24,351 nucleotides of DNA from Coleofasciculus sp. C1-SOL-03 (GTDB lineage: Bacteria > Cyanobacteriota > Cyanobacteriia > Cyanobacteriales > Coleofasciculaceae): the NCBI GenBank assembly GCA_040220555.1, contig JAVJUO010000224.1; one strand, given 5' to 3'. Shown here piece by piece: positions 17,184 to 24,351 of this stretch (position 1 is its first letter; each line of letters begins with the position of its first letter). The translations under genes were made by a program, and so were the position numbers. The notes under the pieces are model-generated. The model made no database searches, was not told the origin of the DNA, and saw only the letters and a list, made by a program, of their open reading frames with translations.

Positions 17184-17483
17184 TCAACGAAACAACTGGG
17201 GATAAATCTGTCGCCAAGCTAACCCAGAAAAAATAGCGATCCCTAGAACCAGCCCAATTAACTCCACCAACCAAAATTTTGGTAACCCTAGAGACCAACG
17301 CAATAGGTCAACCAAAGCAGCCAGGGGCAATAGATTGGCGATCGTCCCCAGTATAGGCGGTAACGTTTCACGGGGAAAGTAGGTTCCACAGAAGGTAAAC
17401 ATAGGGACGATGAACAAGAAAAGTGGGATGTTAATTTGGTCAATTGTTGCCACCCAGATGTTAATAAACTCGCCCCGACTCAA
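17184..17483 (-). pseudogene. C-terminal remnant (about 99 aa) of an ABC-2-type (NodJ/DrrB-like) transporter permease
   Basis: Only the last two or three TM helices are present (FCGTYFPRETLP..L..IANLLPLAALVDLLR). The ORF has a TTG-only start. It is separated from the upstream ATPase gene by a heptamer repeat and is in frame with the ATPase stop codon. Confidence 0.6.
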
Positions 17484-17498
17484 TGCGATAATTTTTTT

Positions 17499-17531
17499 AC
17501 AAATGACAAATGACGAAGGACAAATGACAAA
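17499..17531. repeat. Heptamer repeat tract (ACAAATG/ACGAAGG family) at the ATPase/permease junction
   Basis: ACAAATGACAAATGACGAAGGACAAATGACAAAT, the same family as 974-1008 and 22630-22657. Confidence 0.8.
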
Positions 17532-18476
17532 TTAGTCAAGTGACGTACCTGTCAGGCGCAAAAATACATCGTCTAAATTGGTATGGCGACGGGTTAAGCT
17601 AACAGGATGGGTATCACTCAGATAGTCCCACAGAGGGTGGGGATTGTCTGCTGGTAAGCCAATCAAAAAACCATTGCCAAAAGAGCAATACCAAGTTTGA
17701 TACTGATGGGCAAGTTGGTGGAGGATTTCTGCGGAAATGCCCTCAATTTCTACCACCTCTGTGCCAACAGTACGCTCAATCAATTCCTCAGGTGTGCCTT
17801 GGTCAATCATTTTACCCTGTTGGAGTAAAATAAGGCGATCGCACAATCGTTGCGCTTCATCCATATAGTGGGTTGTCAACAACACCCCACAGCCCTTTTG
17901 CTTAAGCTGACTGACTAGCTTCCAAAAATCTTGTCGTGCATGGGGATCAAGTCCAGTTGTTGGTTCATCCAGAAACACCACTTGTGGCTGATTTATCAAC
18001 GCCCGTGCCAATACCAGACGCCGCTTCATCCCGCCAGACAGTTGATCCACCCGATGTTTAGCATAATCTTGCAACCCTACTTGTGCCAGTAACTCCCCTG
18101 CCCGTTTTCGGGCAGTTTTGCCGACAATCCGATAATGATGGGCAAAGAAAATCAAGTTATCGAAAACACTAAAATCGGGGTCTAGATTATCGTCTTGAGT
18201 CACAATTCCCATCGAGGAACGCGCCAAACGTCCCTGAGATTGGATTTGATGCTGTCCAAGTTGAACAAAACCCCGACTGGGAATTACTGCACCATACAGC
18301 ATTCCCACTGTAGTAGTTTTCCCAGCACCATTGGGACCAAGCAGACCCAAAATTTCTCCAGAATTCAGCGTAAAATTAACACCTTGCACAACATGATTGG
18401 AACCATAAGATTTCCACAAGTCATAAGCCGTGAGTACCACGGATTGGGTTTGAGGTTGGGCTTTTGTCAGAGTCAT
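17532..18476 (-). CDS. ABC transporter ATP-binding protein (ABC-2 / NodI-DrrA-like exporter ATPase)
   Basis: Walker A GPNGAGKTT, signature LSGGMKRR, Walker B VVFLDEPTTGLD and H-loop TTHYM. The start is set at the internal ATG at 18476 (MTLTKAQ...), because the longer ORF to 18587 runs through a heptamer repeat element. Confidence 0.85.
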   Translation of the reverse strand: MTLTKAQPQTQSVVLTAYDLWKSYGSNHVVQGVNFTLNSGEILGLLGPNGAGKTTTVGMLYGAVIPSRGFVQLGQHQIQSQGRLARSSMGIVTQDDNLDPDFSVFDNLIFFAHHYRIVGKTARKRAGELLAQVGLQDYAKHRVDQLSGGMKRRLVLARALINQPQVVFLDEPTTGLDPHARQDFWKLVSQLKQKGCGVLLTTHYMDEAQRLCDRLILLQQGKMIDQGTPEELIERTVGTEVVEIEGISAEILHQLAHQYQTWYCSFGNGFLIGLPADNPHPLWDYLSDTHPVSLTRRHTNLDDVFLRLTGTSLD

Positions 18477-18477
18477 A

Positions 18478-18820
18478 AATAGTGGTCGCTGAATAAGTCT
18501 TGTGGTGGGGAGAGGCAATAGGCAACAGGCAATAGGCAACAGTTTCAACATCTCGACTGCGCTCGAGGTTGAGGGAAAATTTGGCACTTAGGTCGAATGG
18601 CACGCTCAATAAGCATTATGAGATCGCCAAAACCCTTGATATACCGTAGGGTGGGCATTGCCCACCAGCTTTAAGTCAGTGACATTCCACTTAGGTCAGC
18701 TTTCAATCCCAGGTTTTTTAGGGTAGTCGTGTAAAAATTGAAAGCACTTGTTGGGTGGAAAAATGGCTTGAAACCCAAATCTTGTCTATCTTCCACACTC
18801 ATGCAGCAAGCCCTAAATAA
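18478..18820 (-). repeat. Dispersed ~225-nt repeat, copy 2 (inverted relative to 4250-4475), interrupted by a 93-nt MITE
   Basis: The reverse complement aligns with 4250-4475. It contains the heptamer tract 18514-18543 (GGCAATA/GGCAACA). Confidence 0.75.
18595..18687. mobile_element. 93-nt MITE with 9-bp terminal inverted repeats (GAATGGCAC ... GTGACATTC) and a 10-bp target-site duplication CACTTAGGTC (18585-18594 / 18688-18697)
   Basis: TIR (8/9 complementary) and a perfect 10-bp direct duplication were read directly. The uninterrupted homologous site exists in repeat copy 1 (around 4368-4380). The element carries the internal palindrome GGTGGGCATTGCCCACC. Confidence 0.7.
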
Positions 18821-18963
18821 TGGTGCTTACACCGCCGATTGTTTACTTTTTGGAGCCATGATTCCTTGTAGGGGCGCAAGGCTTGCGCCCAGAAACCCTA
18901 TCAAATATACCGCACTATTGTAGCTGTGCCATGCCAGTAAGGTGGGCAATGCCCACCCTACTA

Positions 18964-20493
<1,530 letters not shown>

Positions 20494-20502
20494 CTAAAAA
20501 TA

Positions 20503-20582
20503 GTGCCGCACAAGTTCAGAAAGCTGTTGGGTTTACCGTGACAGGGTAAGTATGTAAGCTTTCCCGGTTAGGGCGCGGCGAC
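20503..20582 (-). ncRNA. Y-RNA-like unit A (short, about 80 nt; terminal helix plus one small hairpin, no tRNA-like module)
   Basis: Minus-strand RNA: GUCGCCGCGCCCUAACCGGGAAAGCUUACAUACU-UACC CUGUCAC GGUAA-ACCCAACAGCUUUCUGAACUUGUGCGGCAC. It shares the conserved 5' and 3' boxes with units B-F. UAUUUUU follows the 3' end. Confidence 0.6.
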
Positions 20583-20620
20583 AACTGCCATTTTTTGTGA
20601 GTAAAAATTGGGTTGAGTAA

Positions 20621-20745
20621 AGGGCGACCCGATCATCTGTAGGGGCGGGTTTTACCGATAACATACAAGCAAAAACTGGTAACTTTTGTAAACCCGCCCT
20701 GTTTCCAGAGTTTTTAGTGAGTGCAAGCGGGTCGCCCCTACATCC
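20621..20745. repeat. Nested palindromic repeats: outer AGGGCGACCCG...CGGGTCGCCCCT enclosing CTGTAGGGGCGGGTTTT...AAACCCGCCCTG
   Basis: Direct reading. It is inserted between Y-like units A and B. Confidence 0.75.
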
Positions 20746-20844
20746 GAACCAAAGGTGACATCTTCAAATGAGTGTGAACGATTTAACCTGTGCCAAAATT
20801 TCAAAGGTTTTGACTAACATCGGCGTTTCCCCCGTAATGTTAAA

Positions 20845-20970
<126 letters not shown>

Positions 20971-21006
20971 GCTCTTTATTTCTTCGGGCAAAATTGAATG
21001 GATGAA

Positions 21007-21134
21007 TCACTTCGCGCAAGTTAAAAAAGCCGTGAGTCATACGCAGGATTTGAACCTGCATGATCTTGAGCCTAAATCAAGCGCCTTTTCCATTCGGCTA
21101 GTATGTAAGCTTTTTCGGTTGGGGCGCGAAGTGA
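21007..21134 (-). ncRNA. Y-RNA-like unit C (128 nt) with a linear-order tRNA-like module, anticodon-like loop UUUAGGC
   Basis: Terminal helix UCACUUCGCGC.../...GCGCGAAGUGA. Interior: UACAUAC-UA-GCC GAAUGGAAAA GGC-G-CUUGA UUUAGGC UCAAG-AUCAU-GCAGG UUCAAAU CCUGC-GUAUG. Confidence 0.7.
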
Positions 21135-21158
21135 ATTTCAACACTGGCAAATAAAGAT

Positions 21159-21280
21159 AGCACTACGCACTCTAGTTAGGACAAATGAATAAAAAATTAA
21201 ATCGCTTAATCCCTTGATGAGTAAGCCTTTTTCTTCACTATTGCCTATTGCCTATTGCCCATTGCCTGGCGCGTAGCGCT
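21159..21280 (-). ncRNA. Degenerate Y-RNA-like unit C' (no tRNA-like module; stem invaded by heptamer repeats), possibly a pseudogene
   Basis: 10-bp terminal helix AGCGCUACGC/GCGUAGUGCU. Recognisable remnants of the boxes remain (CGCGCC...GAAAAAGGCUUACUC and UUUUUUA...AACUAGAGUGCG). (GGCAAUA)n is inserted in the 5' arm and UUCAUUUGUCC in the 3' arm. Confidence 0.4.
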
Positions 21281-21287
21281 ATAAGAG

Positions 21288-21441
21288 ATATCCCGCGCAA
21301 GTTAGCAAAGCTATATTACTTGGCGCTCTACCCTTGAGCTACAGACCCCTTAAAAGTGGATCTGGTGGGATTTGAACCCACAACCTCCCGCGTTAAAAGG
21401 CGGAACAGTATGTAAGCTTCACAAGTAAGGGCGCGGGATAT
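21288..21441 (-). ncRNA. Y-RNA-like unit D (154 nt) with a permuted tRNA-like module (loop-capped acceptor stem)
   Basis: Terminal helix AUAUCCCGCGC/GCGCGGGAUAU. Interior order: UCCGC CUUUUAAC GCGGG (anticodon-like arm, 8-nt loop)-AGGUU-GUGGG UUCAAAU CCCAC (T-arm)-CAGAUCC ACUUUUAAG GGGUCUG (capped 7-bp acceptor)-UA-GCUC AAGGGUA GAGC (D-arm). Confidence 0.7.
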
Positions 21442-21524
21442 TGAATGCTATATTTTAGACGTTGGATTGAAGGAAATTTGGTAAACTTACCGTTATTTGT
21501 ACTCATCCAAAATCTGAGTGGATT

Positions 21525-21665
21525 GGGGCGATCGCGCAAGTCAAAGCAGCTTGTTTTTTTACACCTCTCCCAGAGGCGGAGAGGGCAGGAATCGAACCTA
21601 CAATCTGAGTTGAAGTCAGATGTTACCAGTTTGTAAGCTGCTTCAGTTGGGGCGCAATCGCCCCC
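21525..21665 (-). ncRNA. Y-RNA-like unit E (about 140 nt) with a permuted, partly degenerate tRNA-like module, anticodon-like loop CUUCAAC
   Basis: Terminal helix GGGGCGAUUGCGC/GCGCGAUCGCCCC. Interior: ACAAACUGGUAAC-AUCUGA CUUCAAC UCAGAU-U-GUAGG UUCGAUU CCUGC-CCUCUCC GCCUCUG GGAGAGG (capped 7-bp stem). No clear D-stem. Confidence 0.65.
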
Positions 21666-21686
21666 GTAAATCTCGCGATGTATTGA

Positions 21687-21837
21687 GTGGGAATTCGCGC
21701 AAGTTCAAAAAGCGGTTTGTGTTTCTGAGCTACTCCCCCAAACAGTGGGGGAGAAAGGATTTGAACCTTTGCCAGTTCGATTATCAATCGAATGCTCTAC
21801 CGTTTGTATGCTTTTCTAGTCAGGGCGCGAATTCCAC
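21687..21837 (-). ncRNA. Y-RNA-like unit F (151 nt) with a complete tRNA cloverleaf circularly permuted at the D-loop, anticodon-like loop UUGAUAA
   Basis: Terminal helix GUGGAAUUCGCGC/GCGCGAAUUCCCAC. Interior: GGUA-GAGC-A-UUCGA UUGAUAA UCGAA-CUGGC-AAAGG UUCAAAU CCUUU-CUCCCCC-A-CUGUU-U-GGGGGAG-UA-GCUC-AG. The GCUC/GAGC D-stem forms across the permutation point. Confidence 0.7.
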
Positions 21838-21857
21838 TAATTTCTGATGCAAATACT

Positions 21858-22100
<243 letters not shown>

Positions 22101-22569
22101 CTATCTGCGGAGCGAACATCCTCATTTTGTTAAAACGACCAGCATTGAGTTAGGTTCACAAACACTGATAGTTCTTAGAGTAAGAAGCGCCGCTCTAAAG
22201 AATAGACGGTTTGGCTATAACGGATTTGAGCCGTCATTTGATTTAGACTGTTATCATTTGACTCTAAACGTTCTTTTTCCGTCATAGATAGGGTTGAATT
22301 TCGCTGATTCGGTTTAGTATCCCACTCAATAGGTGTGAGAACATGACGAACCAGAGGTGTATACAGGAATAGCATAATGAACCGATTCCGATTACAAAAA
22401 TCCTGATTGACCTTCGTGAAAATTCCCGACGTTTTATTCGATTTTCAAGGTTCAGACTGGACGTTTGAGGTAGAGAGTTTTGACTCTCATCTCTCTGTCA
22501 TGTATTTATACTACATACATACTACAGACTTGTCAATAGACTGGACAAAAATTTTTTTCGGGGAGTTCC

Positions 22570-22657
22570 TGGAGTAAAGATGCAGGGGGGTGGGGAAGAT
22601 GAGGGAGATGGGGAAGATGGGGGAGCAAAGGACGAATGACGAATGACGAATGACAAA
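22570..22657. repeat. G-rich 9-mer tandem repeat (GGGGAAGAT/GAGGGAGAT) followed by the heptamers GGACGAA-(TGACGAA)x2-TGACAAA
   Basis: Direct reading. It lies immediately downstream of the GNAT gene stop (22660). Confidence 0.8.
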
Positions 22658-22659
22658 CC

Positions 22660-23619
22660 TCACAACTCTTTAACCAAGCTAATATGAGTCTTTACGGTAC
22701 TAAAACCAACCGATTCATAAAGCCGCAGCGCCCCTGACACGTTTTTCGCATCAACGCCCAGTTTGGCAGTTTCCACCCCAGCCGCCTTGAGTTGTTGCAT
22801 CCCAGCCAATAACATCGCTCGTCCTAACCCTTGCTGACGAAAGCCTCGCCTGGTTCCTAGAACAGCAATCTCGCCTTCACAACGTCCGTTGCGTTGATTC
22901 TCTTCGGGATTCACACGACAGTAGCAGAACGCAGCATACGTTCCATCTGGAGCCACTGCAAGTAGACTCAATTCGGGCTTGTAGTATGGGTCTTGCCATT
23001 CATGTAATATGCGCTCAACGGTTAACTCATGATGATTCCAGTGATCGATAAACGTCTGGTTGTACAGTTCCACATACGCCTCAACATCTTCTTTTCCTTT
23101 GCTGTAACCCAGGGTAAAACCGTCTGGAAGTTTGGGTTCTGGGATAGGTTCCTGGAGACTTCGCGCCATGGTGAAGAAATAGCGATCGCGCTTAAAACCA
23201 CAACGTTCTAAAATGGTAATCCGGTCAGCTTTATCGGCGCGAGAACCACAGCGCACGTTTACCGATAAACCTCGTTCTTGACTCACCTGGCGTAAGCGTT
23301 CCTCAGCCCAAGTGATAATCTGTTCCTCTACATCACCGCTTCGTGCTGTCGGATGAACCCGAAACCCCAGAAATCCATCAATCCCTGTATCAGTAGGAAC
23401 AATCCACAGCCGACCGAAACCGATAAGCTGATCATCAGCATCTTGCCAAAGAAAGAGATCTCGTTCTTTATCGATAAAGGGGTCATCAAAGGATTGCTTG
23501 AGTTCGGTGACAGATGTACCTTCCTCAAGCTGATCAACGGTTTCACAGGTGTTGATCAAATTCGCGATCGCGTCTAAGTCGATTTCCCCACGATAGGGAC
23601 GTCGGGTGATAATACTCAT
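22660..23619 (-). CDS. Tandem-GNAT N-acetyltransferase (MshD-like two-domain architecture)
   Basis: 319 aa. The C-terminal domain has the acetyl-CoA motif VLGTRRGFRQQGLGRAML and then RLYESVGF. The N-terminal domain is a degenerate GNAT. Its start overlaps the upstream ORF stop (ATGA, 23616-23619). Confidence 0.8.
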   Translation of the reverse strand: MSIITRRPYRGEIDLDAIANLINTCETVDQLEEGTSVTELKQSFDDPFIDKERDLFLWQDADDQLIGFGRLWIVPTDTGIDGFLGFRVHPTARSGDVEEQIITWAEERLRQVSQERGLSVNVRCGSRADKADRITILERCGFKRDRYFFTMARSLQEPIPEPKLPDGFTLGYSKGKEDVEAYVELYNQTFIDHWNHHELTVERILHEWQDPYYKPELSLLAVAPDGTYAAFCYCRVNPEENQRNGRCEGEIAVLGTRRGFRQQGLGRAMLLAGMQQLKAAGVETAKLGVDAKNVSGALRLYESVGFSTVKTHISLVKEL

Positions 23620-24294
23620 TCTGCAATATCCTTAACATAAGCGATTTGAGTGTGTGTGGTCTGGAAACCCACTGATTCGTATAACCGCCTCGCCCCGGAA
23701 GGGTTTTCCGCATCGACATACAGCATGGCGGTTTCCATTCCCTCGGTTTTCAACTGCTGCATCACAGCTTGTAACATACTGCGTGCTACACCCTGCTTGC
23801 GGTAACCGCGTCGCGTACCAACCGGATTAATCCAGCCCTGATTCCCATCTTTGGGGATGTAGCCGTCGCAAAAACCCGCCCAAGTACCATCAGGCGCGAT
23901 CGCAACCACAGACAAGTCGGGTCGAAATTCGGGATTTTTCAGCTTATGGTTAAAGGCTGCAACGGTATCTGGGTGATAATTCCAGTGATTCCTGCATTCG
24001 TGCTTCTGCCCAAGCGATAATGTTCCTGTATAGAGAATCAACCCGTTGCGTGGGATGGACACGAAACCAGAGAAAACCATCAACGGTTTTCCCAACTGTG
24101 GGAATCATTAACCCCGCCAATGCAATTAATTGACCCTCTGCATCTTCCCACAAGCGAATATCCCGTTGCTGATCCACTGAGGGTGCATCAAATTGCATTA
24201 ATATATCAGACACTGAGGGGTACTCGTTAGGCAAATCAACCGCTTCACAGGTTTTCAGGAAACGTGCGATCGCGTCTATGGTTAGAGTTGTCAT
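23616..24294 (-). pseudogene. Paralogue of the adjacent tandem-GNAT gene with an internal, frame-disrupting deletion of about 80 codons
   Basis: ORF 23950-24294 (MTTLTIDAIARF...AWAEARMQ) matches the N-terminus of the 319-aa neighbour. ORF 23616-23987 (HWNYHPD...VGTRRGYRKQGVARSML...RLYESVGF) matches its C-terminus in another frame. The junction is near 23990, and the central segment is absent. Confidence 0.65.
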
Positions 24295-24351
24295 ACAATT
24301 AAGCAAATAGGTCAGTTGCTGCAATTTGAGCAACTCGATTACTAGAATCAT

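Noticed and set aside
18477-18587. 37-codon N-terminal extension of the ABC ATPase ORF
   Set aside because: The extension is encoded by the heptamer tract and dispersed repeat (LLPIACCLLPLP). The internal ATG at 18476 gives a normal-length N-terminus ahead of Walker A.
22175-22375. 66-aa minus-strand ORF upstream of the small SD-bearing gene
   Set aside because: It has no SD, its composition is not protein-like, and no motif was recognised. The region is more likely the promoter or leader for the downstream operon. It remains unresolved rather than disproven.
24295-24351. N-terminal extension of the GNAT pseudogene ORF to the window edge
   Set aside because: Homology to the intact paralogue begins at the internal Met (MTTLTID..., 24294). 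The upstream 19 codons have no counterpart.

Overview
This is chromosomal DNA from a cyanobacterium, probably filamentous. The evidence is dense HIP1 (GCGATCGC) sites, STRR-like heptamer repeats, several families of small palindromic repeats, and the genes ndhN, a ycf20-like gene and ctp. Most genes are housekeeping or ordinary accessory genes: a GT39/ArnT-like glycosyltransferase, a PAS histidine kinase, two vWA proteins, a Uma2 nuclease, an S41 protease, an ABC ATPase and GNAT acetyltransferases. Two loci stand out.

(1) At 18964-22058 on the minus strand, a Ro60/Rsr-like TROVE+vWA protein gene is preceded on the same strand by a tandem array of seven paralogous structured-RNA genes. Each has a conserved terminal helix. 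Five carry a tRNA-like module with D-arm, anticodon-like arm and a GGUUCRAWUCC T-arm. This matches the known YrlA class of Y RNA, but the copy number is unusually high. The anticodon-like loops all differ, and the modules occur in both linear and circularly permuted topologies with loop-capped acceptor stems. A 66-aa gene with a strong SD sits 20 nt upstream of the array.

(2) At 4707-9079, a TIR-domain ORF overlaps a 1319-aa NB-ARC STAND NTPase. The NTPase has about 20 near-identical 42-aa TPR units and no ATG start. It is either a split or frameshifted TIR-NB-ARC-TPR protein, a candidate defence or programmed-death module.

Other observations are a MITE with TIR and TSD nested inside a dispersed 225-nt repeat, a truncated ABC-2 permease, and an internally deleted GNAT paralogue. 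All functional calls come from motif recognition by eye. No database search was run.
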